From NCBI RefSeq assembly GCF_964204645.1, contig NC_134026.1:29298150-29362149 (forward strand): a stretch of DNA of 64,000 bases. Direction: 5' to 3'. Below are positions 1 to 12,749 of the stretch, piece after piece. The position numbers were made by a program, and so were the translations under genes. Source of the DNA: Tubulanus polymorphus. Its lineage: Eukaryota > Animalia > Nemertea. Position 1 is the stretch's first letter; every line of letters starts with the position of its first letter. Under the pieces are notes generated by a model that saw only the letters and a program-made list of their open reading frames with translations, was not told the DNA's origin and did not search any database.

Positions 1-1020
1 GTTTAACATAGGGTTTTCTCTGTTGTGCTGATCGTCAGCCGCCGTTAAATCAAATGGTTTCGTTCCGATCGCCGTTTGTTGCATCTGTCCGGGAAATGAA
101 GTGCTCCTACGGAATTTGGACGGCGATATAACAACTGACGAGGGTCCCATGTTTTTCTTCTGTTGTTGGAGTTGCGCGCCGATCGGGTTCATATTCGGAA
201 CCGATCTCCTCTGTTGTTGCATGCTACCCCACGGTGACATTTGTTGACTTTGCGGCCCGGTCCACGTAGCGGATTGCTGTGGTGCGCTACTCCAAGTTGG
301 ATACGTTTTCGAACTGTTATAAAACAAATTTGACTGTTGTTGCCTCTGAGGCATATTTGGAGGAAAGCCTGCTGTGTGTTGTCCGGTTATAGCGCGTCTC
401 TGTGGAGCCTGCTGCTGAGGTGCATTCACTGCTCCGATTTGAGGACCGGCCATATTAGCGTTGAACAACGCGTTGTGAGTTGGAGGAAAATTCTGAAATG
501 TCACTCCATTCATGGCAGCTGGAAAACCCTGAATAAACGTATCATCCGCAGTTGCCGTCGACCAGAAACTCGGCGCTGCGATTGAATTCAACATCGTGTT
601 ATTTGGTTCAGCCGATAAACCCAGTTGTAACGGTGATGTAACGGCATCAATTTTACGATCGTCTGGAACATACTCGTCGTTTTGGCTCACCGACTTTCTG
701 ATCAACAAATCCTCCGAATTTTGTTCCGGGTGAGCGTCGCCGTTCGGGGATTGCTGCGCCGCCGGTTGCCCTTGCTGCTGAGGCTGCGGCGACCCCTGCT
801 TTTTCATCGGCATAGCGGACGCGAGGGTTTCATCTTGCATTGTACTGGTAGTACTGGTGTTGATGATGTTAGTACTGCCGCTGCTGCTGATGCTGCTGCT
901 GCTGTGATGATTTGACAAAATATCTGGTGCGAATAACGACTGGTTGTTCGTTAGTTGGTTGAAATCGACCGGCGAAAGTGCTCTCACGTTAGAGTTCAAT
1001 CCCAAACCGTAATCCCCCAT
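1..1020 (-). CDS. CPEB4: CPEB2/3/4-class (Orb2-like) cytoplasmic polyadenylation element-binding protein, first coding exon (Q/S/P-rich N-terminal region); gene continues beyond the window start
   Basis: Open minus-strand frame of 340 codons from ATG at 1020 to the window edge, missed by the ORF track because there is no stop. It reads MGDYGLGLNSN...MQDETLAS...PQQQAPQRRAIT...SPWGSMQQQRRSVP...ISPSKFRRSTSFP. MGDYG and MQDE match the N-terminus of vertebrate CPEB4 (MGDYGFG, MQDEIL). The RRMs are not in the window. Confidence 0.85.
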   Translation of the reverse strand, partial: MGDYGLGLNSNVRALSPVDFNQLTNNQSLFAPDILSNHHSSSSISSSGSTNIINTSTTSTMQDETLASAMPMKKQGSPQPQQQGQPAAQQSPNGDAHPEQNSEDLLIRKSVSQNDEYVPDDRKIDAVTSPLQLGLSAEPNNTMLNSIAAPSFWSTATADDTFIQGFPAAMNGVTFQNFPPTHNALFNANMAGPQIGAVNAPQQQAPQRRAITGQHTAGFPPNMPQRQQQSNLFYNSSKTYPTWSSAPQQSATWTGPQSQQMSPWGSMQQQRRSVPNMNPIGAQLQQQKKNMGPSSVVISPSKFRRSTSFPGQMQQTAIGTKPFDLTAADDQHNRENPMLN

Positions 1021-3213
1021 CAGTTTAGCGTGTATATGTCCCTAGTTGTTGTTTAGCTGTTAGTGTTTTAGGGACGATGTTGATGTGCGCCACGTCCTCC
1101 TCTAATCAGCTGCGATACACAAGTGATATCACTTCCTCTCTCGCACCAGTTTCTATATACCCACTATACCGGAAGTATGAGGTGTTTCTAACATATGTTC
1201 ATCGATTAAACATTCTAAAAACCTCCCTGAGTTTATATATCAATATGTATTCATTAAATATTAATAGAAACAATAGATTTTTGTCTTATGTGAGTATTTT
1301 AAAGAAGAACCAGATATATCATTAGGGTATCTCGAAACAGCAATGTTTTAACCGTAAATTCAGCGCTAGATGGCGATACCTTACGGTATATCACAGTTCA
1401 TTCATAAAATTAATTAACCGGCGGTGAATGGACCCGATCCGGCAATATTGATGATGTTATATAGTCTTTGTTCTGATTGGTGAAATTGCTAACGAAACAG
1501 AAAATCTGTAAAACACTCTAAGTTAAGAAAAACAACAAAGCCAGACAATGATTTTGTATACGAAAAACATACTTTAGATCGGGCTTTTGATTGGGGCTCA
1601 TAAATAATTGAAATATGTGTTCTCCCACCTTTCTGTTCGCTGCGTGAATATTAATGTAATATTCACAATAGACCCCCTTCAGCCCGTTGTCTGAGACCCA
1701 GCTGTTAGAACGTCATTAACAGCGCATGCTGGTAGCGTCACCCCCCTTTGTCTCGTTTTCGCGACCAACATCCGCATATGTGTCTAATACGCGAATCCGT
1801 TAATTAACGGTTGCAGCCAAAATTGCGGTTGATTACCGTAAGCGCGATCCCTCCTCCCTATAGGTTCGGCTTTATTGGGTCAGATGAGCAGAACACTCAC
1901 TGCTGGTGCCTTACGCGTGTGCACATTATATTACACAATGTTAATTAATTCATGCACGTGTCCTTCATGCTTTCTTTTCAATGGTATCAGATAACAGATT
2001 CCAATAGAAAATCCATTGTCCTCTTGAAAGATTCCTATATGAGAGATCAATGACACAAACACAATTAAAAAGAAATTTAACTCGGGCATATACCGGTATC
2101 TAAATATATTGTATTACCCTTAGTTGATATAGTGTATAAACTTTCTTCGAAGTGTATGTAACTTTTATAAAATAAATAATCTGTATACCAATTTATAAAA
2201 TAAACAAGCTATAAAAATAAAGATATTATGCATGCAGTTCTTGTGCTTTTTTCAAAGCAAACAGTGTCACTATTTCATCACACAATTTGTTTAAAACATT
2301 AGTTAACAGTGTAAATAAATATAAAATATAAGGCTAAACAAATTAATACCATGTTTCTCCTTTCTGCTAAACTTAAAAGTTGGCAACCTATCTACCATGT
2401 AGACTTTCTTTTACATCATGATCAAGCTAACAATAACAGACCTGGCAGAGAAATGAACTGATTACAAATTTCATGCGGTTTACAAAATGACCCGCCCAAT
2501 AAGGAGAAACAGGGTATCATTTTTTAGCCTAAAATATATAGATACAAATATTTGTAAAAGTAAACTACAGGAGATTGCCTCTATAAACGATCCTCGAGTA
2601 AATATACCTTTCATTTGGAGATTTAAACTTGAACCAATTAACATCTCTTCAATTATATTAATCGTTCTTCTTTTAAAAAAGAGATCTTTCAGTCGTATCT
2701 CATCTCCATGTATGTACGTAGCAATCATTCCCTAAGATAATGATTGCTACAATTGCAGAATATTTCTTTAGAAATTTATTCTATCATCATTTTTTGTCAG
2801 CATATTTATATTCACACATCATAACTCCAAATTCTCAATCATTGTTGTTAAGGACAAACTTTTTGTTTTCCTTAGTTTCAATTTTTTCTAAGGGTGCCAG
2901 CAATGCAGTGTTTGGGAATTGCTGTGCCAATATAGTATCATGTACCTATGTGTACATAAATATGTTTATTTCATTCTAACTATACAAATCAAGTTTTTTG
3001 CATTCCATTGAGAACATTGGTGGTGTATTTTGAGACATCTTTTGAGGCAGAATTTTGAGACATTATACAGTGATGTATCATTATACAGTTCTGTATATGT
3101 TTGACAAATTATCGCATTTAGCTTCATTTTAGGAGTAGAACACAGAATCTACAACAGGTGTTAAGTACCATAATCAATTCTCACCAGCTGATCAATAGAA
3201 TTATCTCATAGAA

Positions 3214-6200
3214 TTATGATACGATACATGTTTTTGTACGAACCAACTGTGCTTGAGTATTTTCACGAATATTTCTCAAACCGGAGAATGCCAATGCAAC
3301 GGCGCGTGTGTCATTATTCGGCCAATTTTTAACCATTTCGCCAACAATCGCCCGATCAAGCGTCGGGTTTGGTTTTATGATTCCGACGAATGTAGCACCA
3401 TCTGGTGGATAAATAATGGTACTACCATCGTCAGTCGCCGCTATATGTTTGACGGCGCAATGAGAACGATAGTGGCCGAGTGATCGACCACGTTTCAAAT
3501 CCCACAAAATTATAGCTTTATCATCAGAAGCCGATACGAGCACATTACCATCAGCTACAACCAGTAACGAATTCACCATTCCTTCGTGACGTTTATACGT
3601 ATACAGGAGACATTCAGACTTCAAACACCAAACACTGATCCTACGAAATCCACCAGTGATCACTCTACGACTGTCTTTTGAGAAGACGAAACATTTCACA
3701 GTTGAATTCAAAATAATGTGCATTTTGTATTTTCGTTTCGCTAGATCAAGAATACGGAGTGAACCATCTGAACTGCTCGCCCCGGCGTAACGATCATTTG
3801 AAGACAGCATTAATCCGGTACATTTTTCCATCTTGGAATCGCCATCTCTTGGCCAAACATCCCCTGTTTCTAAATCGAATGCGACCGGAAAATGACACAC
3901 AGTAGAAATGATCTGCAATAGTAAAATATTACTCATATATTTACATGCTCCAAATACATTGACATATGTGCCACAATCATGAGGAGACGATTTCGGCCTG
4001 GTCTGATGTTTTGGTTAGCGCGGGTCAAAAATGCTATGGAATCAGGAATTTTGTTGGTACCTGAGTTCCCACTGTGTTTATCGCCAGCTTATCAAATCCA
4101 AACAAACCACCGACATTCATCATATGTTGAGCTTCAAATAAGAAGGCAATATTCAAGCAATATTAAAGGGATAGATGAAATGTTCAGGTAATACAAGGAT
4201 ATGTTTCTTACGTCCTCCTTCAGCATCCAGTTTGAAGACATGACACACTGAAAACATTTCAGGTATACCAGCAGCAAGGATATTGTTTGACTCAACTAGA
4301 CAAGATACGCTCAATTCAGGTTCCAATTTACTCCAAAATAATCCTGAAATCAAAAAATATATTTGAACTATCGGTAGAAGAAAATTGATGAATCAATTCA
4401 GAATAACGAATCTTACCATCTGGTATTTCCCAAATCTTTATTCCTGTAGTTGTTGCAACAATGCACTTTTCCATATCTTTAGTTACAATCATGGCTGGGA
4501 TAGGGCTTGAATCAATGAGCTCGCGATAGACAATTTCTCCAGAATGAATGTTTAGATACAGCAACCAACCTTCAATTGTAGTAACAATTGCAACACCAGA
4601 TTCTCTATAAATAGCAAACAAAACATCAAACATTTATGGCACAGCCAGAATATCTCAAACACAATTACTATCAACTTACTTTACAATTTCCATAGCTGTA
4701 ATATCTTTCTTGACTGGTTCATTTGGATTGTCACCACTTTCCAGTTGGTTGTATTTTTGAAGTAAATCGTCGCACTCACCAATGATGAGATCTAAACTCC
4801 AAACTTTTACTGTATTATCCTCAGAAGCAGAAAACATCTGATTTCCGGTAATAATCAGTTGAAATATGATACCAGTGTGATTGTTTAGCTGATGAATCTG
4901 TAATGCTGATTCCTGTGGGTTTTCAATTGTTCCAACATACCATATCTGAATGCCATACCCTGAACTTGAAAGAACATATTTATCTTCAGAGCCACAGAAT
5001 GCCAAACACCTATACGGACCTTTCCCTTTACAAATTGATTGAATAGTTCCACTAGTCGTTGACCAAATATAGATGAATTTTTCATCTCGGCCTTCAATTG
5101 CTGTCCTTTCAGCGGTTGCTGCGGCAACGAGGTTCTTGGATTGGTTTAAAACTATCAGATCCATAGTGAACTCATTTTCGGACAATATCGTCGTCACCTT
5201 TTCCCCAGTTATGTAGTTGTAGATGTACATATTGTGACTGTCACCGAATTCAATTCCACGGCTAAGAAACTTGTCATCAGGAAGCGTATAAAGATGAGGA
5301 GTCTTTTCCTGGTAACTCTGAAAACAGCTTTCGGCTGGTATAACCTTCATACATTTTTGTTCGGATACTGACCAAATTTCGTAAGTCTCCCAGGTTGCCG
5401 TTATGATGTAAGCATCGTCTAATGAGAATTTCAAACACAGGAAAGATTTGCCCTTATTCGAAGGAGCCATGTTAAAAATCGCTTCATCCGATTTCATATC
5501 TATGACTGAACAGATCACACCTTGTTCATCAGCAGCTAAAATAAGTATAAATATATACAGTATATAATTGTCATTAAACACAGGTTATGAATCATATCTA
5601 GAAATAGATAGTAACATTACTGACCTGAATCAATCGGGAGGTTGACAGAAACGGCAGCCATGAATCTTAAAGAATGTGAATAAGCTGCTATCTTTGTTTT
5701 CTCTGGTAGAGATGTCAATGCAGGTGATATATCAGGGTTGAATAACACGATTTCTATGCTGGGTTGAAACTGATCAAATTTTTCATAGATTTTCAATTCC
5801 AGAAACTGATCACCAACACATTGGATAGATTTCACTTTAGAATACATCGGTCTAGCTTTAACACTGGCTGCAACATCCATTAGATCGAAGGCTTTAATGG
5901 CATCACATTGAGGTTCAGTATTGCGCTCAATGGAATACATATATCTTTGACTGTTGTCAATTGAGATGCAAGAATCTGAAATATATCCAGGGTTTATTAA
6001 CATTAAATACGTATTCACTGATAGAATGTATTTATATCGATCATCTTACCTCCAACAATTTCAGGGACATGCATATCAACATTCAAAGAATGGAGTAGAA
6101 TAGGACGAGGCTTTGGTGGTATACAAACTGCTTGTGGAATTAGCAAGGCATCAGATGTCTCTTCACACCAACTAACAGCCTGTTTAACTAACTCCTCAAC

Positions 6201-9200
6201 ACGCTTCAGACCGGAATATCGAGGGCCAAGTTGTCCTATTATCTATAAAACAGAGATAAAGGTCTAGAAAAGAATCCCTAATCAGATTATTGAAATAAAA
6301 TATAATACTGTTAATACCTGAACAGGCAACAAAGCAACATCATGTTTGATATTGGTTTGTGCAACTTGTAACACGTGATAAATAAACTGACATTCTTCGG
6401 AACATTCTGTTACTATTTCACTCTTCTGTATCACATCAAGAACCATCTCAAAATCCATTAACACATTCTGTATAGAGAATGCCTTCGCTTTCGTAAAAAT
6501 CCAATCAAATTGACAGATTTTTTCTGTAAATTCTTCAAATTGATGGCTATAGATCAGATGGAATGGTAATTCATTGAGCATTCGTTCATTGTAGATGTTT
6601 TTACCGAATTCGAGAACTTGTTCGGGCACATTACGATAAACATCTGTGTATGAACGTTTCTGAATTCTAATCAGTTCCAAACTCTTCGCTTGTGAGCTCC
6701 ATTTTCCGCTGAAGTATTCAGCTAAACGACGATGTAGTAATTCTTTATCATTCGCAATCACGTAACGTTCAGTTGCCAGTTCGTAGAATTCAGGATGAAT
6801 CCAGGCCATTACGCGGCGATTATCAATCAGTTTCTCAGTCATATATCTATGCAAGTCATACTTCAGGCGTTTCCACGTCAATGTCGGAATTCTTATGATT
6901 TTTGCATCCCTAGGAGGAGCGTGATGAAGATAAATTTCCTGTAAAACCTCATCATCCAGAGACAGTAAATCTTCCATTTCCATATCAGTCAATCCATGTT
7001 TTGAGGCGCTCAGGTATCCTGAATAAATAAAAAAAGACACAGTTGAGTATTTATAATTTCACCTGATTGAACTGAAATGGACATGTAAACTTACCGAGTG
7101 TTCGTTGAATCAATGCGTATCCATACTCCCGTTCTAGATCATTAAACAGTTTCAGTATAGACATTTTAACACTGTGAGCTAGAAACGCGTAAGAATCTGC
7201 TGTGTACGAATGCCACTTTAAAGACTGATCAAACGACATCTTCAGGAATAACGGATTTGGACAATTAGCAAACGCATCTTTTATGACGTCCTTTTGTTTC
7301 TTGGTAAGAGCATGTTTTTCTTCAGTGCACCAGGTTTCTAAGAGATCAGCTGCGGTCTGTGCATCAAATTTTTGCATTTCAATACATTGTGATTGCAATA
7401 ATAATTTCAAGCGCAAGTTTTCCAGACACCTATTTGTAGTTGAATTGGTTGTCAGAATCAGATGGACGTGTTCTGGTAATAAAAGTGGCAACCAAGTCAT
7501 AGAGTGAGCAGAATTAGATTGTTCGAGTTGATCAATAGCATCGATTCCGATCACTAGAGGGCGTTCTGCTATTGCTACAGTACGCAAAAGTGTATCGAAG
7601 TAGACAACTAGAAAGCTGAAATCATCCGTCGAATCGAATTGTGGATCGGGAATGCTGTAGACTTGCCGAATCTGTTTGCATAAATCGATCAGTAGATCGC
7701 GAATATTAGTTCTAACAGATCTTCCGAGGAAACGAACAACTTGAACTGAGTTGGGAAACCACATTCTGCTACGTTTTAAAACCTCAGCAAACAGAGATGT
7801 CTTTCCACAGCCCGATTCGCCATGGATCACAATCGGCAGGTGATGTCTTTCCAAATGAGATGAATCTATGTTTTGCCATTTGCCCTTCAGATAATCAGTT
7901 ACTTTTTCATCATTCTCTTTAAGCACTGTCACATGCTTCATTAGATTTGATTCAACTCTATTTTCATCAAGAATCGAACCAGAAAATGCTGATTTGAAAA
8001 GCTCTGGAAAATTGCTTTCAGATATTTTTGTTCTGCTTGTTATATTCTTAAAATCAAATTTGTCTGTTTGAGCATCTTTGTTATTATTGCTGTCATGAAT
8101 TCCATAATCATCATCATCATTCTTACTACATTCATCATCTGCTTCATCATCTTCATCACTATCAATTCTATCTGAATCTGAAATAACCATCGTAAAAGTA
8201 AAACAGGCCGAAGCAGAGAAAAGACATGATCAGTTATGATGTACTTACTAGTTATTTCGCTTATTTCAGATTCAGCAACTTTAGCAGTTGAATTTTGAAA
8301 TTTTGACCTCAAAACTTCCTTTACATCTGTTTCACTGAATTGATCATAGACTATTGACATGAGATTTTTCATTTCATTGATTACATTCTCACATCCTTGG
8401 AATCCTTTACAATAATCGTCACAAATCATAGAATGATCTTCACCTAGTCTTTGATGAACAGGAACAAATGATGATGCTTTAAACGATTCATCGATCAACT
8501 TTTTCACATCTTCAATAAAGGCGGCACACATTTTCGAGAGGTATTCCAAATGCTTATTAACATCAAGTCCACCTTTTGTCCAGTTCACTTCAAATTTTTT
8601 GATTTCTTCACCCAATTTCCCTGGTACTTTCTCATCCCGAAGTCTTTTCAGATGAACTTGTGCTTCAATATCCTGTTGAAATAACTTTATGTCTGTAAAA
8701 TTACCTGAAATGATAATTCAAGAAACATACATGAAATTATATACTGTTCCTTAAATATAATAATCTAATCAAATACATTCATCTGTATTGTATTACCAGT
8801 ACCTGCTTTACTGTCTTTTACTTTGATGACGTTAAACCTTCTGACAAAACATAAAGTTCTGGCATTGTCAGCTTCAACATCCAGAATTCCTTCAGTAATC
8901 TCTGCTTCTGTGACTGAAAACAAATGTTTTAAAGTAGAAAGTTCATCCCGGTATTGAAATCAATACATATGGTTAGATTGTTTTGGTAAAACCAGTTGAA
9001 TGCTTGATACCTACCAGTTCTAATATAATGTGTCATATCATCATCAGTTATGAGTTTATCTTTGAGAGCTTTTTCAAAGGATTCAACTAGTAGTTCGTGT
9101 AGCAGTAGATATTCTTGACACCATTCTTCTCTATCCTAGGGATATCAAAATCAACAAAATGAAGATCAATCAAACCGGAAAAACCGTTAGCATTTGACTA

Positions 9201-10346
9201 AAATTAGCCAATTAAACCAATGCTACCTTTTTGGCACTATCCTCATTTTCTGGATCTTTATTATTGTAGAAGGGAAACTTCCTAGTAATTGGTTGTAAGA
9301 CAAAAGAATGAGGAATCACATTTTCGTCCAAGCAATACCAATCATCTAGCAGTTTAACTTCTTTTCCAGTTTTTGCACAGGACAGATGGATATGTTTGAA
9401 AACTGCGGCTTCAATTTTTGATGGAATGGGAACAAAACCATATTTGTCCCCGAGAAAGGAAATGAAATACGGGCCATGAGACATCCGCTTGCAATCTTGA
9501 ATTTCTTTATGATAAATCTTTAAGATGTCATCGTCAGCTTCAAACGCATCATCAAACATTCCATTCTTCATATCAACAACCTATGATAAAAAATTGTCAT
9601 TTAACGTTTCAATAATGTTCTTTTGTATTTTGTGTTTTTTGTTTTAACAATGACGAATGGAGTTAGAGTAAGCTGCCTTTAGTTAGGGCTTCAGAGATCT
9701 GCAAATCAGGCTCTCTCACCTGAAATTCTAAGCCCTTTCCTGTGCAATATTTTCGCAATTCAGGATATGCATGTTGCATCAAATATCCTCTTTCTAGTAT
9801 CATATCTGAAATGTATGGATATTATGAATACATAGTACAATGAATCAAACATAAATCTGAGCTAAGCTGTTCATGTTTCTAAAAGTTTTTAAAAATATCA
9901 TTTTGAATTTTTAAATTTTCTATTTTTCCCTAAAATGACTTGTTTGGTGGGAAAAGCGCCATGGACTTATTCCTGGCAAAGGGCTTGCATGATAATCTTT
10001 AAATAGAGAAGGATACTACTGCAATGGATTGCCCAGTCAATAAAAAGAAGTTATCAAACTGATACTCTAGGCCACTATCTAAGTTTTACTTGACAAAGTT
10101 CTAATTTCAGGCTGACCCTTTAATTATCTAACTTTTAGAAGTTGGCCCAACATTGGAAATTTGAAAGTTGTTTACTCCAATAACTCTCTAGAAATAAATA
10201 AAATATTGAATTTATTTTTTGCACTAATTGAATTAACAACTAACACCCCACACGTATTATTCAAAGGTTGTCATGCTTCATCAATCAAACATTGTCTGAC
10301 CTGACAGATTTGCCGATATGAACAATTTAACTGTTTTGAGCTCCAT
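3214..10346 (-). CDS. NACHT and WD repeat domain-containing protein (NWD1/NWD2-like), multi-exon
   Basis: Spliced N-terminus MELKTVKLFISANLS|DMILERGYLMQHAYPELRKYC...FQ|VVDMKNG (DUF4062-like), then GPYFISFLGDKYG, Walker A GESGCGKTS, Walker B VIGIDAIDQL, GLTDMEMEDLLSLDDEVL, YNERMLNELPFHL and WD40 repeats (FSASEDNTVKVW, VSASDDKAIILW). Stop at 3214. The start could lie a few codons further upstream. Confidence 0.9.
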
Positions 10347-11158
10347 AGCTGCGACGGTCCAGAAACCCCTTTGTTCGATATAGAAAATCAACGAAGTGAC
10401 AGCACCCCGACTCGCGCCATATCAACTCTAAACAAACACAACCATGCGCGTCGTCAATCAAACTTTTTTTTATGAATGATAATGAAATCAGTTTTAAACG
10501 TATTTGCTGTTCATTCGAATTTGCATAATATGAATATACCGAAATTCATAGAAACACACGTAATTTTATCATCATTGATAAATATTCTTGTGTTTTGTGA
10601 AGTTATCGGCGGGATTCAATACAGCGCGGGATTCGAAACCACCACAAGCGAAAACACCGCATCCTCTGAAGACTTACAACGAGTGTTCACCGTTCACTAA
10701 AGCATGGTTCGGGATCTATAATTTCACTAATAAATCGTGTAGTTTACACAGCAAATAAACCATTTTCACGGTATGTAGACGATTTATATATTTCGATATA
10801 GTTTAACCATACATTCTGTGTTGTCAGAAATATTCTTCTTCGCGTTGTATTTGCTGATATTCGTTTTATTCGATGAATCCAGATGGCCATTGAATATGAT
10901 GGCTACTCTACATTTTTATGCGCCACACTGACACAGTACACCACGCGCGCTAATAATGACGTCATCTATTGTCAGTATATGAATAGGGGATGAATGTCTT
11001 AGGGTTTGTGAGGTGTCGATAACAGAGTATTGCATATACATTGTGAATGTATGTTTTGGTGTGTTATGTCAGTCAGTATAGTTTACTTTAGTGTTTATAA
11101 ATAGTTAATAATATAGATGAATTTCTGTGGAACCTTCTCACCAAGTCCTAGGACCTTC

Positions 11159-11409
11159 CACAGGGACTTGTCACGACTGATAATGGATGAGACCAATGAT
11201 GGGGGTACCTTAACGACTAAGGTTGTATTAAAGCTTATTTCATGTGAATCGGTTGAGAATTTTTGGAATTACAGTCGATTGAAGTGGAGAAGTCATTGTC
11301 AGATTGAAAATTTGTTGCCACCCTTGTTTTTTATATTATACAGGGATAGTGGACCTGGTCATTGATATTGGTTTTATTCATTCACTATCAATTGTGACAA
11401 GTCCCTGTG
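11159..11409. mobile_element. Non-autonomous DNA transposon (MITE) with 8-bp TSD, P- or hAT-like
   Basis: Terminal inverted repeats CACAGGGACTTGTCAC...GTGACAAGTCCCTGTG (16 bp perfect, imperfect further in), flanked by direct repeat GGACCTTC at 11151-11158 and 11410-11417. Confidence 0.85.
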
Positions 11410-11966
11410 GGACCTTCCTTGTCCTTTCTCGGTCTAAATTGATCTGAGACTGCCTGTAGGACTATGTACATGTTGGACTTACATAATTGTTTCCATACTC
11501 AAAATATTTTAATTCCCTCAATCATATAATTTCGTAACCAAAGCCCAATATATTTAATATCCCAGTTCAGATTAAGTTCACCCATTGACCCAAAAAGGGA
11601 AATGGTCAAATGAGTTTCAATGTACTATTATGTAATAGGACTGCACTAAGTGTGTGATTGTATATCATAGTTTATAGGTTATACTGATCCATAGTTATAT
11701 GAGACACCTGTTTATACCAGTAAGTGAGAATCCAGTGTTCTATTAGACTTTGGTTTATAGGCTCTTATTTCAGGTAAGAGAGTAAGAGATCATATCGAAG
11801 AAAGTGCATAAATCACATGCACTAACTCAGTATCAGTGTCAGGGTATTTCAGAGATAAATCTGGCACTGAAAATAGTCATGCGTCACAATAGATCGCGTG
11901 TGATCAATCGCGAGCAATTTGGTCAAAATATAATACTCTTGACAATACCACGAAAATATTGGTCTT

Positions 11967-11979
11967 GTTTCCTAGCAAC
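11967..11979. promoter_or_regulatory. RFX X-box motif upstream of the ENT coding region
   Basis: GTTTCCTAGCAAC matches the X-box consensus. A donor-like GAG|GTAACT follows at about 12028. Confidence 0.4.
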
Positions 11980-12749
11980 TGTTCATTTGCCCAAATTGTC
12001 TGCTGCAAAGTCGGAGTGTAGTCGAGGTTAACTGAGAACGAAAATGTTTTTATCGTTTATATTATTGTTTATATTATTGTTGTTCAGTGGGTATCGTTCA
12101 GTAGAAGAAAGGCTTGATTCGATTTATGATTTTAGATAATCATTGTATTATTCTGAATAGAGCAAGCTGCTTCATATTCAACCCTAGATATCTATAATAG
12201 TACTGACTGACAAACGGAATATTTGATGTGTCCATGGTTTCAACCACAATGCAGAATGAGATATTATACTGTAGTCTACTCACATCTGATCAATTATCTA
12301 AACTTTTCTGGACAGTCAATACGTTCACTCTATCTTGCGGGCTATTAGGCCTACTGGAATAATTAACCCTTGTAACTTTTACACGTGTTAAACCGAGATA
12401 TTTTTTTCTATAATTGTTATTGCGCCTATAGGCCTATTAGAACTAGTGTAGATTATACATTAGTGTGGCATACTACACGAATGTATCTAATGAAGTATGA
12501 TTTAACATATATGGAATCTGAACCCTATTATCGGACAAATAATATCCAGAAAATAATTGGTTATGATTTATTTATATCTGAGCTATATGTGTGCACAAAG
12601 TCAGTCAAGTTAGAAACCAATAGGCCTAATTGACTTGTGCCGTCGTGATAGTTATGTGCGGCTAAGTTCAGGAGTTGAAGTTTTCGCGATATGTCATAAC
12701 TTCTCATTTGATTTTACAGGGATATAGTTGAGAATCTCGCTTCAACACA

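Noticed and set aside
337-915. Plus-strand ORFs of 82 and 77 aa
   Set aside because: Antisense shadows of the CPEB exon.
8040-8250. Overlapping ORFs 7051-8190 and 8040-8615 suggesting a frameshift in NWD
   Set aside because: A normal ~70-nt GTAAGT...TTTCAG intron (about 8179-8248) joins the two frames.
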